From a virus, in IMG/VR virus record IMGVR_UViG_3300032242_000550, positions 64,001 through 128,000 of that record: a stretch of DNA of 64,000 bases. One strand, written 5' to 3'. The translations under genes and the position numbers were made by a program. Below are positions 48,101 through 57,525 of the stretch, piece by piece. The notes under the pieces are model-generated. The model did no database searches. It was not told the origin of the DNA and saw nothing but the letters and a program-made list of their open reading frames with translations. How positions within the stretch are numbered: the stretch's first letter is position 1; each line of letters starts with the position of its first letter.

Positions 48101-50789
48101 TGCAGTTGCTAACTTACATATCTCTGGTGGTTCAAGTGGTTATGTACTACAAACAGATGGTTCTGGTAATCTAAGTTGGGTTGGTATTAGTTCATCTAGT
48201 ATCAGTAACGGAAATAGTAATGTAAGTATTCCAAGTAGTAATGGTAATGTTAATATTAGTGCTGTAGGTAATGCAAACGTTGTTGTAGTTACAGGAACTG
48301 GTGCAAATATCACTGGTACATTGAATGTTACTGGTAACTTAACAGCAGGTAACGTTGTTGCAGGTAGCGGTGGTGGTGGTAACATTACTGGTGCTAACTT
48401 AGTATCAGCAAACTACTTCACCGGTACATTAACAACTGCGGCACAGCCAAACATTACAAGTGTTGGTACATTAACAAGTTTAGCTGTAACAGGCAACATT
48501 ACAGCAGGTAATGCTAATGTAACTGGTCAATTAATTTCTACAGTTGCTACAGGTACTGCTCCATTCGTAGTTACATCAACTAGCCAAGTTGCTAACTTGA
48601 ATGTAGCGAATGCAGGTACTGCAGTTGTTGCAGGTACTGTAACTACAGCGGCACAACCAAATATCACTAGTGTTGGATCATTAACTGGATTGACAGTAAG
48701 TAATGCAACTGGTGTGGTTAACTTTACAACTACAGCTAACGTCACATTGGGCGCTGTAGCTAATTTACATATTTCAGGTGGTACAAGTGGTTACTATCTA
48801 CAAACAGACGGATCTGGCACATTAACTTGGGCAGCTGTTCCAGTTGGCTCAGGCATTAGTAACGGTAACAGTAATGTAAATATTCCGGTTGCTAATGGTA
48901 ATGTTAATATTACTGCAACAGGTAATACTACATTAGTTGTAACAGGAACTGGTGCAAATATCGCTGGTACATTAAACGTTACTGGTAATGCTACAGTTGG
49001 TAATCTTACAACTGCTGGTGGTTCAGGTGGTAACATTAGCAATGCTAACGTTATTAGTGCAAACACATTCACAGCAAGTGGTAACATCACAGCTGGTAAT
49101 GCTAACGTAACTGGTCAATTAATTTCTACTGTATCAACAGGTACTGCTCCATTAGTAGTTACATCAACTACACAAGTTGCTAACTTAAACGTAGCAACAG
49201 CAGGTACTGCAGGAACAGTAACAACAGCGGCTCAACCAAATATTACAAGTGTTGGTACATTAACAAGTTTAGCTGTTACAGGTAACGTTACAGCTGGTAA
49301 CTTAATAGGTGTATTTGCTAATGGTAATAGTAACGTAAATATACCGGCAGCTAATGGTAACGTTAATATCAGTGCTGTTGGTAATGCAAACGTTGTTGTA
49401 GTTACAGGTACTGGTGCAAACGTTACTGGTACATTGAATGTTTCAGGTAACGCTACTGTTGCTAATTTGATATCAAGCGGTGGTTCAGGTGGTACTATCT
49501 CTGGTGCTAACTTAGTATCAGCAAATTACTTCACCGGTACATTAACAACTGCGGCTCAGCCAAATATTACAAGTGTTGGTACATTAACTAGCTTAACAGT
49601 ATCTGGTACAACTAATTTAGGTGCTGTAGGTAATGTTACAATTACAGGCGGTTCAAGTGGTTATGTATTAAGTACAAATGGCGCAGGTGGACTAAGTTGG
49701 GTTGGTATTAGTTCATCTAGTATCAGCAATGGTAACAGTAATGTAAATATACCAAGTGCTAACGGTAATGTTAATATCAGTGCAGTTGGTAATGCAAACG
49801 TTGTTGTTGTAACTGGTACAGGTGCAAACATCACTGGTACATTGAATGTTACTGGTAATGCTACAGTTGGTAACTTAACAACAGGTGGTTCTGGTGGTAA
49901 CATCTCTGGTGCTAATAACATCAGTGCTAATACATTCACTGGAGTACTAACAACTAATGCTCAACCAAACATCACAAGTGTTGGTACACTAACAAGTTTA
50001 GCTGTAACAGGTAATGTTACTGCAGGTAATGCTAATGTAACAGGTCAATTAATTTCTACTGTATCAACAGGTACTGCACCGTTCGTAGTTACATCAACTA
50101 CAACAGTTGCTAACTTGTCAGTAGCTAGTGCAACAAGTGCTGGATCAGCAACAACTGCTGGTACTGTAACGACTGCGGCACAGCCAAATATTACAAGTGT
50201 TGGTACACTAACTAGTTTAGCTGTAACGGGTAATATTACAACTGGTAACATAATAGGTGTACATGCAAATGGTAACAGTAATGTAAATATTCCAAGTAGT
50301 AATGGTAACGTTACTATTAGTGCTGTAGGTAACGCTAATATAGTAGTTGTTACTGGTACAGGTGCAAACATTAATGGTTATGCAAATGTTTCGGGTAATA
50401 TTAATGTTGGTAATTTAGTTACAACAGGTGTTGCAGTTGCTAATTCGGGCGTACTGATTGGTAACAGTGCAATTTACTATGGCAATTTAACAACAACAGC
50501 GACAACAGCAAATCAAACAATAGCAACAATGACAGTTTCTGGATCATATGTAACAGGAGTAGAATATTTAGTTAAAGGGGTGGATGCTACCGGTACTAAA
50601 TACAGTGTAGCTACAGTAGTAGCAGTTACGAATGGAACGACCGCAGATTATTCTACTTTTGCGACAGTTAATTTAGGAGGATCAACAGGTACCCTATCAG
50701 TTAACATTTCGGGAAGTAATATTGCATTGCAAGTAACTCCTGCAAGTAGTAACTCAACTGTGTGGACTACGCAATATAGGATGATTTAA
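45105..50789 (+). CDS. Giant tail-fibre-like protein 2
   Basis: 1894 aa; the same repeats plus ISNGNSNV.IP..NGNV and GYVLQTDGSGNLSW modules; GATAAATA at 45076. Confidence 0.75.
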   Translation: MAIKAFNSVAGFSVGEIPANIILANGDITSGNGTFTANITAGNVKTDNLLYANGTPWDFQLPGGSNTYVQFNDNGDFGGSANFIFNKSTSILTVTGNIAATNINAGNLLTANYTNAVLTTAAQPNITSVGTLTGLVVGNSTANVTFNTSGNGSLTATGNISASNFIGNVVGNISGNIVIPGSNTGVVFNDQGNANTSTAFTFDKVSNVVNITGNANVGNLTTTGTVFAPAVVQNASTYDTRVTLTSSSGIIEANTNGNATQFLPTGAIRLPASGTIQANTSDGSQIVLQGDASIKQLRGGNVTIQTGTGGTTANTWTFAQSGAFIAPGNITTTANANVGNLNTSGTANIGALVISGTTQGNLIPSVSNTYSLGNSTNYWKDLFLSGTTITIGSQTISSNASGIVISNILYTSTLNTSANANVGNLGTSGLIVATGNITGGNLIGPHANGNSNVNIATANGNITLTAVGNTTMTVSGTGANITGTANVTGNANVGNLGTTNLVASGTGSFGANVNMNNYWINNVGYPSLSTDAATKAYVDNMVSSGINYHAPVNVATTTTLATATGGTISYTQPNGAANGIGAYISTTGTFTNIDGVNIASAGTRILVKNEANSVFNGVYNYTNATAITRTTDTDEYGPDSVEQFSVNDYFFTQSGTINKGTSFVVSAPTGVITFGTSNIEFSIFSTSQVYSAGTGIDITGTTISIANTAITAGSYGNGDRVATFTVNNQGQLTAASNTAITANAANLTGTTLAGTIVNSSLTSVGSLTGLTVSNATGVVNFTTTSNVTLGAVANLHISGGTSGYVLQTDGSGNLSWVGINSAGVSNGNSNVSIPVANGNVNISAAGNANVLVVTGTGANVTGNANITGNLSLGSGSGGNLTGANNISANTFTGTLTTNAQPNITSVGTLTSLAVTGNITGGNANVTGQLISTVATGTAPLVVTSTTTVANLAAATATTAGTVTTAAQPNITSVGSLTGLTVSNATGVVNFTTTANVTLGAVANLHISGGSSGYVLQTDGSGNLSWVGISSSSISNGNSNVSIPSSNGNVNISAVGNANVVVVTGTGANITGTLNVTGNLTAGNVVAGSGGGGNITGANLVSANYFTGTLTTAAQPNITSVGTLTSLAVTGNITAGNANVTGQLISTVATGTAPFVVTSTSQVANLNVANAGTAVVAGTVTTAAQPNITSVGSLTGLTVSNATGVVNFTTTANVTLGAVANLHISGGTSGYYLQTDGSGTLTWAAVPVGSGISNGNSNVNIPVANGNVNITATGNTTLVVTGTGANIAGTLNVTGNATVGNLTTAGGSGGNISNANVISANTFTASGNITAGNANVTGQLISTVSTGTAPLVVTSTTQVANLNVATAGTAGTVTTAAQPNITSVGTLTSLAVTGNVTAGNLIGVFANGNSNVNIPAANGNVNISAVGNANVVVVTGTGANVTGTLNVSGNATVANLISSGGSGGTISGANLVSANYFTGTLTTAAQPNITSVGTLTSLTVSGTTNLGAVGNVTITGGSSGYVLSTNGAGGLSWVGISSSSISNGNSNVNIPSANGNVNISAVGNANVVVVTGTGANITGTLNVTGNATVGNLTTGGSGGNISGANNISANTFTGVLTTNAQPNITSVGTLTSLAVTGNVTAGNANVTGQLISTVSTGTAPFVVTSTTTVANLSVASATSAGSATTAGTVTTAAQPNITSVGTLTSLAVTGNITTGNIIGVHANGNSNVNIPSSNGNVTISAVGNANIVVVTGTGANINGYANVSGNINVGNLVTTGVAVANSGVLIGNSAIYYGNLTTTATTANQTIATMTVSGSYVTGVEYLVKGVDATGTKYSVATVVAVTNGTTADYSTFATVNLGGSTGTLSVNISGSNIALQVTPASSNSTVWTTQYRMI

Positions 50790-52039
50790 TGACATTAAAG
50801 GCACTCAATTCGGTATACGGATATAGCGTTGGTACGCCCGGTGGCGTGTCCAGCGTTATTGATGCTAGCGGAAATCTTTTAAATACTTCTGCCAATACAT
50901 TGTATGTAGGTAAGAACGGTAATGATAGTAATAACGGTAGTATTAACAATCCATTTTTAACTATTAAAGCCGCATTGGCTGCAGCCTCAGCCGGTGGTTA
51001 TTCAGTACATGTAGCACCCGGTACCTACACCGAAGCAAATCCCATTACGATACCATCAAACGTATCATTAATGGGTGATAATTTAAGAAACGTAACAGTA
51101 ATACCACAAACTCCAGCAAGTGATTTGTTTTATGTAACTAGTGGTTGTTATGTTTGGGGAATTACAATTAAAAACTATACAGCTAATGGATTTAGTTTTA
51201 ACCCATCAACTCCTACACAAAACGTATATGTAAGCCCATATATACAGAATTTAACATCTAGCACTACTACAGGTACCGCAGTATATATTGATGGTAATAA
51301 TGTAAGTAGTACCAGTACTAAGGCAATGATTGTTGGATTCTTTACCATTATTAATCAAGGTGGACAAGGTATACATGTTTTAAATTCAGGATACACTCAA
51401 TTAGTTAACATATATACCATTGCATGTGATATTGGTATACATGTAGAGTCCGGTGGATTTTGTACATTAAATGGTAGTGATTGTTCAATTGGTAATTATG
51501 GTTTAGTAGCTGAAGGTTATGGACCACTACAAACATCTGGTTCATTAGTATCACAAACAAATGGTGTATTTATAATAGATACTTTAACTAATGGTCAACC
51601 ACATGTAAATACTATTATGATTATTGATGGGGATTCTACGTATTATACGATTGATACTATACTACCTAATCAGCCTAGTGCTGGAAAATCAACAGTTGTG
51701 ATACAACAGATATATACTAAAACACCTTCTGCCGGAACAACAGTTTCATTTTATACTAGAAGTTCAATTATAGCCAGTGCTCATACGTTTGAATATGTTG
51801 GTGCAGGAACTAATCCAGCTACTGCATTACCGCAATATGGCGGTATACCAATTGAAGCTAATGAAGTTACAGCTACTGGTGGCGGGGTAATAACATTTAC
51901 AAGCACAGATCAAAAGGGAAATTTTAAAGTTGGCCAAGGGTTTACTATCAATCAAGCTACAGGAACTATTACCGGTAATGACTTTTATGAAAGTTTATTT
52001 GCCCAAATGACTCCGTTTATATTAGCACTGGGTTATTAA
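50789..52039 (+). CDS. Right-handed beta-helix (pectin-lyase-fold-like) virion protein
   Basis: LYVGKNGNDSNNG....PFLTIKAAL...VHVAPGTYTE is the usual cap of parallel beta-helix proteins. Confidence 0.65.
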   Translation: MTLKALNSVYGYSVGTPGGVSSVIDASGNLLNTSANTLYVGKNGNDSNNGSINNPFLTIKAALAAASAGGYSVHVAPGTYTEANPITIPSNVSLMGDNLRNVTVIPQTPASDLFYVTSGCYVWGITIKNYTANGFSFNPSTPTQNVYVSPYIQNLTSSTTTGTAVYIDGNNVSSTSTKAMIVGFFTIINQGGQGIHVLNSGYTQLVNIYTIACDIGIHVESGGFCTLNGSDCSIGNYGLVAEGYGPLQTSGSLVSQTNGVFIIDTLTNGQPHVNTIMIIDGDSTYYTIDTILPNQPSAGKSTVVIQQIYTKTPSAGTTVSFYTRSSIIASAHTFEYVGAGTNPATALPQYGGIPIEANEVTATGGGVITFTSTDQKGNFKVGQGFTINQATGTITGNDFYESLFAQMTPFILALGY

Positions 52040-52058
52040 GAAGAAATAAAGGAAAATC

Positions 52059-52394
52059 ATGCCAGCAGCATTAAATAATTTTAAAACAACATTAGCAAAT
52101 ATAACAACTACAACTGCTAATGTTTATACTCCACCTGTGGGATATGCCACAGTAGTTTTAATGGCGCAGGTAAGTAACAAAGGTTCGGGCACTATTCAAA
52201 TAACTGCCAACGTGTATAGAAGTGGAGCTACCACATCATTAATTAATCAAGCGAGTATACCGGTTAATGATGCTATTAGTGTATTGACAGGGAGATTGAT
52301 TTTAAATTACGGAGATACGCTACAATTTGTTAGTAGTGATAATACTAGCGCACAACTAGTTTTAAGTTATTTAGAAACATTGATAACAGGATAA
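52059..52394 (+). CDS. Small beta-rich putative fibre adaptor
   Basis: 111 aa; VYTPP...ATVV....VSN, G.LILNYGDTL; similar layout to 57196. Confidence 0.6.
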   Translation: MPAALNNFKTTLANITTTTANVYTPPVGYATVVLMAQVSNKGSGTIQITANVYRSGATTSLINQASIPVNDAISVLTGRLILNYGDTLQFVSSDNTSAQLVLSYLETLITG

Positions 52395-52395
52395 T

Positions 52396-55300
52396 ATGGC
52401 AAATCCACCTAAATTACTAAGTGGTCGTGTACCGGTTACGCCATACAGTAATCTATCAAGCGACCGATATCAATTCTTAAATCTCTCAGATGCAGAGCCA
52501 AGTCTTAGTTCCGGCACAGCTAATTCAGTACTAACATTAGGCACTAGCAATGCTAGGGTATGGAGTAGTTCGGTTAATCTAACTTCAGCTAATATATCTG
52601 GTAATATAACATCTGGTAACGCTAATCTAGGTAACGTAGTAATTGCTAATTATTTTTCTGGTAATGGTAGTTTACTAACAGGAATTACAGTAAGTGCTGG
52701 TAATAGCATTGTAAATGGCAATAGTAATGTTTCAGTTGTTGCTAATAGTAATGTTAACATCAGTGCTGTAGGCAATGCTAACGTAGTTGTAATTACTGGT
52801 ACTGGGTTAGTAGTTAATGGAACAGCCAATATAAGTGGTAACTTATCTTCTGGTAATGCTAATTTAGGTAATGTTGCTAGAGCCAATTATTTTATTGGTA
52901 GTGGCAATAATTTAAGTAACATTCAAGGAGCTAATGTCTCTGGTGCAGTTAGTTATGCAACAACTGCTAATAGTGTAGCTGGTGCTAATGTAAGTGGTAC
53001 TGTAGCTAATGCAACATATGCAACTACATCAGGATATGCTACATCTGCAGGTAGTGCAACAAATGCAACTACAGCAGGATATGCTACAACTGCAGGTAGT
53101 GCGTCATCAGCAGACACCGCATTGACGGCAGCAACAGTTACTACTAATGCACAACCCAATATCACTAGTACCGGTACACTAACATCATTAAGTGTATCCG
53201 GTAATGCTAATACAGGTAATCTAGGTACAAATAACTTTATCGCTACTGGTACAGGTAGTTTTGGTGCTAATGTTAACATGAACAGTAACTGGATAAACAA
53301 TGTTGGTTATCCAAGTTCAAACACAGATGTAGCAACAAAACTATATGTTGATACAATGATATCAAGCGGTATTAGTTATCATCAACCAGTATTAGCCGCT
53401 ACTACAACTACATTGGCAACTGCTACAGGTGGTACAACAGCATATAACTCACCAAATGGTGCAGCAAATGGTATTGGTGCTTACATTAGTACAACCGGTA
53501 CATTCAACTTAATTGACACAGCAAATGTACAAACTGTGGGTACACGTATCTTAGTTAAGGATGAAGCTAATGCAGCTTGGAACGGTATCTATACATATGC
53601 TAATACAACTGCTATTGTTCGTTCTACTGATACAGACGAATATGGACCAGACAGTGTAGAACAACTAAGTATCAATGATTATTTCTTTGTTCAAAGTGGT
53701 GTGGTTAATAAAGGTGTGGCATATGTTGTTAGCTCACCGGCAGGTATTATCACATTTGGTACTAGTAATATTGTATTTGCTCAATTTAGTACAAGTCAAG
53801 TTTATAGTGCTGGTACTGGATTAACATTAACAGGAACCACATTTAGTGTAAATGCAAGTCAAACACAAATTACAAGTGTTGGTACATTAGGTAGTTTAGC
53901 CGTAACTGGAAATATAACATCAGGTAATGCTAACTTAGGTAATAATGTAACTGCTAATTACTTTACTGGTAACGGTGTATACTTAACTGGTATCACTACA
54001 TCCGGTATATCAAATGGTAATAGTAACGTAAACATTCCAAGTAGTAACGGAAATGTTAATATTAGTAGTGCAGGTAACGCTAATATTGTAGTTGTTACTG
54101 GAACTGGCGCAAACATCAACGGTACATTGAATGTTACCGGTACAGCTACTGTTGGTAACTTAGTTGCCGGTGGCTCTGGTGGTAATATCAGTAATGCAAA
54201 CGTTATTAGTGCAAATACATTTATAGCTACTGGCAATATTACAGCCGGTAATGCTAATTTGGGTAATAGTGTAACAGCAAATTATTTCATTGGTAATTTT
54301 TATGGTACAGCTAATATTGCTACCACTGCAGGAACAGTAACAACGGCAGCTCAGCCAAATATAACAAGTGTTGGTACATTAACTGGATTAACAAGTACGG
54401 GTACTATTAACTTAACTAGTGCAAGTAATGTAGCATTAGGACCAGTAGCCAATGTACATATTACAGGTGGTAGTTTAGGACAATATTTACAAACAGATGG
54501 TTCTGGTACACTAAGTTGGGTAAGCATAAGTTCAAGTTCTACACTAGCTAATGGTAATAGTAATGTAAATATTCCAGCAGCAAATGGCAATGTTAATATA
54601 TCTAGTGCAGGTAATGCTAATATTGTAGTAGTTACTGGTACAGGTGCGAACATCACTGGTACATTAAATGTTACGGGCAATGCTACAGTTGGTAATATTA
54701 TTACAGGTGCAGGATCAGGTGGTAACATCACTGGTGCTAATGTTATATCAGCTAATACATTGAGTATTAGTGGTAACATAACATCCGGCAATGCTAATTT
54801 AGGTAATGCAGCCATAGCTAACTATTTCATTGGTAGCGGTGCTAATTTAACAAATATACCTGGTGGAAATGTTGCTGGTCAAGTATCTAATTCATTAATT
54901 GCAAGCACTGTATATACTAACGCACAACCAAATATAACAAGTACTGGAACATTAGTTAATCTAATTGTTTCTGGTAATGTTGCCTTTAGTGGCGCTAACG
55001 TAAGTTTAGGTAGTGTTTCTAATCTACATATTACTGGTGGTAGTGCTAATTATATTTTACAAACAGATGGCGCCGGTACTCTATCTTGGGCAGCTGCCGC
55101 TAGTGGTAGTAACATCAGTAATGGTAATAGTAACGTAAACATTCCATCAGCTAACGGCAATGTTAATATATCTAGTGCAGGTAACGCTAATATTGTAGTA
55201 GTTACTGGTACAGGTGCAAATATCAGTGGTACATTAAATGTTTCAGGTAACGCTACTGTTGGTAATATTATTACAGGTGCAGGATCAGGTGGTAACATTA

Positions 55301-57186
55301 GTGGAGCCAATAACGTTAGTGCTAATACGTTCACCGGTACACTAACAACAGCCGCACAACCAAATATAACAAGTGTTGGTACACTAACTAGTTTAAGTGT
55401 AACAGGTAATATTACTAGTGGTAATGCTAATTTAGGTAACAATGTAAGTGCTAACTTCTTTACTGGTAATGGTGTATACTTAACCGGTATTACAACATCA
55501 GGCTTATCAAATGGCAATAGTAATGTAAATATACCGGCTGCAAATGGCAATATAAACTTAACCGCAGTGGGTAATACTACATTAGTTGTTACTGGCACTG
55601 GTATAAATGTAGCCGGTACACTAAATGTTACCGGTACTGCTACAGTTGGTAATTTGGTAACAAGTGGATCAGGTGGCACACTATCTAACATTAATGTAGT
55701 ATCGGCAAATACATTTACTGCAAGTGGTAATATTACAGCTGGTAATGCTAATTTGGGTAATAGTGTAACTGCTAATTACTTTACTGGTAATTTTTATGGA
55801 ACAGCCAATACAGCTACAACGGCAGGCACTGTAACAACAGCGGCTCAACCAAACATAACAAGTGTTGGTACACTAACAAGTTTAGGTGTTAATGGTACAG
55901 TAACAGCAGTAGCATTTACAGCCAACACTGGTGTATTTACAGGTAATGGTAACGGATTAAGTTCAATAGTTGGTGCTAACGTAACAGGTCAAGTAGGCAA
56001 CGCATTGGTTGCTGGTACAGTATATACTAATGCTCAACCAAACATAACCTCAGTTGGTACATTAACTGGATTGACTGCAACAGGTAATATCACTGGTGGC
56101 AACTTAGTTGTTTCTGGAAATGGATATTTAGATGTAACCGGTCCAACTGCACAAGCTTATACAGTAAGAATTAGAGGTAATACAGGCGGAGCACAATTTG
56201 CTATTGCTACTTCTAATACTGCTAGTTTTGGTATTGCTAATGATTCATTAACTGCCGCAGGAACAGATTATGCTAATTTAACTTATAGTGCTAATACTAT
56301 TGTTTTTAAAACAGGAAACACTTCTACTTTAGCAAACAGAGTCACAATTGATTCTGTTGGTGCTGTTACAGTTGTAGGTAATTTAACTACTGGAAATTTA
56401 ATTGGGCCACATGCAAATGGTAATAGTAACGTAAATATACCAAGTAGTAACGGTAATGTTAATATAAGTGCAGTAGGTGTTGCTAATGTATTAGTTATAA
56501 CTGGTACAGGGGCAAACATTGCAGGTACATTACAGGTAAGTGGTCAAAGTAATTTAGGTGCTGTGGGCAACGTAGTTATTACCGGCGGTACAAATGGTTA
56601 TGTACTAAGCACAAATGGATCTGGTGTATTAAGTTGGGTAGCACAATCAGGTGGCGGTGGTTCATCTATTAGTAATGGTAATAGTAATGTAAGTATTGCT
56701 ACTGCAAATGGTAATATCACAATGAGTGCTGTTGGTAATGCTAATATTGTTACTGTTACTGGTACTGGAGTTAACGTAGCAGGTACATTAAATGTCACTG
56801 GTCAAAGTAATTTGGGTGCAGTTGGTAATGTTAAAATAACCGGTGGTTCAAACACTTATGTGTTGAGTACGGACGGTACGGGTAATTTAAGTTGGGCAGC
56901 ACCGACAGCGGCAAACGTAGTAGTAGATAATTTTACTGGTAATGGAGTACAAACAGTATTTACTTTAAGCACCACTCCAATTGGCATAAATCAAACTAGT
57001 ATTAACTATAACGGTGCAACAGTACTACGTTCAGATTATACATTAGCCAATGCTAATATTACATTTAGTAGTGCTCCGGCAAATGGAAGTTTGATAGAAG
57101 TAACAACTATAAATCTCACATCTGGTGGTAGCGGTGGCATAACGGCACAAGATTTATTAAGCCCGTTCTTGTTAATGGGAGCATAA
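52396..57186 (+). CDS. Giant tail-fibre-like protein 3
   Basis: 1596 aa; same repeat families; C-terminal FTGNGVQTVFTL...DYTL...ITFSSAPANG domain and LLSPFLLMGA tail. Confidence 0.75.
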   Translation: MANPPKLLSGRVPVTPYSNLSSDRYQFLNLSDAEPSLSSGTANSVLTLGTSNARVWSSSVNLTSANISGNITSGNANLGNVVIANYFSGNGSLLTGITVSAGNSIVNGNSNVSVVANSNVNISAVGNANVVVITGTGLVVNGTANISGNLSSGNANLGNVARANYFIGSGNNLSNIQGANVSGAVSYATTANSVAGANVSGTVANATYATTSGYATSAGSATNATTAGYATTAGSASSADTALTAATVTTNAQPNITSTGTLTSLSVSGNANTGNLGTNNFIATGTGSFGANVNMNSNWINNVGYPSSNTDVATKLYVDTMISSGISYHQPVLAATTTTLATATGGTTAYNSPNGAANGIGAYISTTGTFNLIDTANVQTVGTRILVKDEANAAWNGIYTYANTTAIVRSTDTDEYGPDSVEQLSINDYFFVQSGVVNKGVAYVVSSPAGIITFGTSNIVFAQFSTSQVYSAGTGLTLTGTTFSVNASQTQITSVGTLGSLAVTGNITSGNANLGNNVTANYFTGNGVYLTGITTSGISNGNSNVNIPSSNGNVNISSAGNANIVVVTGTGANINGTLNVTGTATVGNLVAGGSGGNISNANVISANTFIATGNITAGNANLGNSVTANYFIGNFYGTANIATTAGTVTTAAQPNITSVGTLTGLTSTGTINLTSASNVALGPVANVHITGGSLGQYLQTDGSGTLSWVSISSSSTLANGNSNVNIPAANGNVNISSAGNANIVVVTGTGANITGTLNVTGNATVGNIITGAGSGGNITGANVISANTLSISGNITSGNANLGNAAIANYFIGSGANLTNIPGGNVAGQVSNSLIASTVYTNAQPNITSTGTLVNLIVSGNVAFSGANVSLGSVSNLHITGGSANYILQTDGAGTLSWAAAASGSNISNGNSNVNIPSANGNVNISSAGNANIVVVTGTGANISGTLNVSGNATVGNIITGAGSGGNISGANNVSANTFTGTLTTAAQPNITSVGTLTSLSVTGNITSGNANLGNNVSANFFTGNGVYLTGITTSGLSNGNSNVNIPAANGNINLTAVGNTTLVVTGTGINVAGTLNVTGTATVGNLVTSGSGGTLSNINVVSANTFTASGNITAGNANLGNSVTANYFTGNFYGTANTATTAGTVTTAAQPNITSVGTLTSLGVNGTVTAVAFTANTGVFTGNGNGLSSIVGANVTGQVGNALVAGTVYTNAQPNITSVGTLTGLTATGNITGGNLVVSGNGYLDVTGPTAQAYTVRIRGNTGGAQFAIATSNTASFGIANDSLTAAGTDYANLTYSANTIVFKTGNTSTLANRVTIDSVGAVTVVGNLTTGNLIGPHANGNSNVNIPSSNGNVNISAVGVANVLVITGTGANIAGTLQVSGQSNLGAVGNVVITGGTNGYVLSTNGSGVLSWVAQSGGGGSSISNGNSNVSIATANGNITMSAVGNANIVTVTGTGVNVAGTLNVTGQSNLGAVGNVKITGGSNTYVLSTDGTGNLSWAAPTAANVVVDNFTGNGVQTVFTLSTTPIGINQTSINYNGATVLRSDYTLANANITFSSAPANGSLIEVTTINLTSGGSGGITAQDLLSPFLLMGA

Positions 57187-57195
57187 GGAAATAAC

Positions 57196-57525
57196 ATGGC
57201 AATCACATATAAAGTTTTAGGACAAAGTAATCCAGCAGCAAATACAAATACAACATTGTATACGGTACCATCAGCAACATCTGCAGTTTGTAGTACACTG
57301 GTAATATGTAACCAGGCAGCGAGTGCGGCAACATTTCGTGTTGCGATACGCCCAGCTGGTGCAGCAATAGCAACACAACATTATACTTCATATGATACTA
57401 ATATAAATGCTAATGACAGTATTACATTAACAATAGGTATAACACTAGCTACAACTGATGTAGTTACAGTAAGAGCTAACACAACAACAGTTAGTTTTAA
57501 TTTATTTGGATCAGAACTAACATGA
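57196..57525 (+). CDS. Small beta-rich putative fibre adaptor
   Basis: 109 aa; YKVLGQSNP...LYTVP...AVCSTLVICN, GITLATTDVVTV, SFNLFGSE. Confidence 0.65.
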   Translation: MAITYKVLGQSNPAANTNTTLYTVPSATSAVCSTLVICNQAASAATFRVAIRPAGAAIATQHYTSYDTNINANDSITLTIGITLATTDVVTVRANTTTVSFNLFGSELT

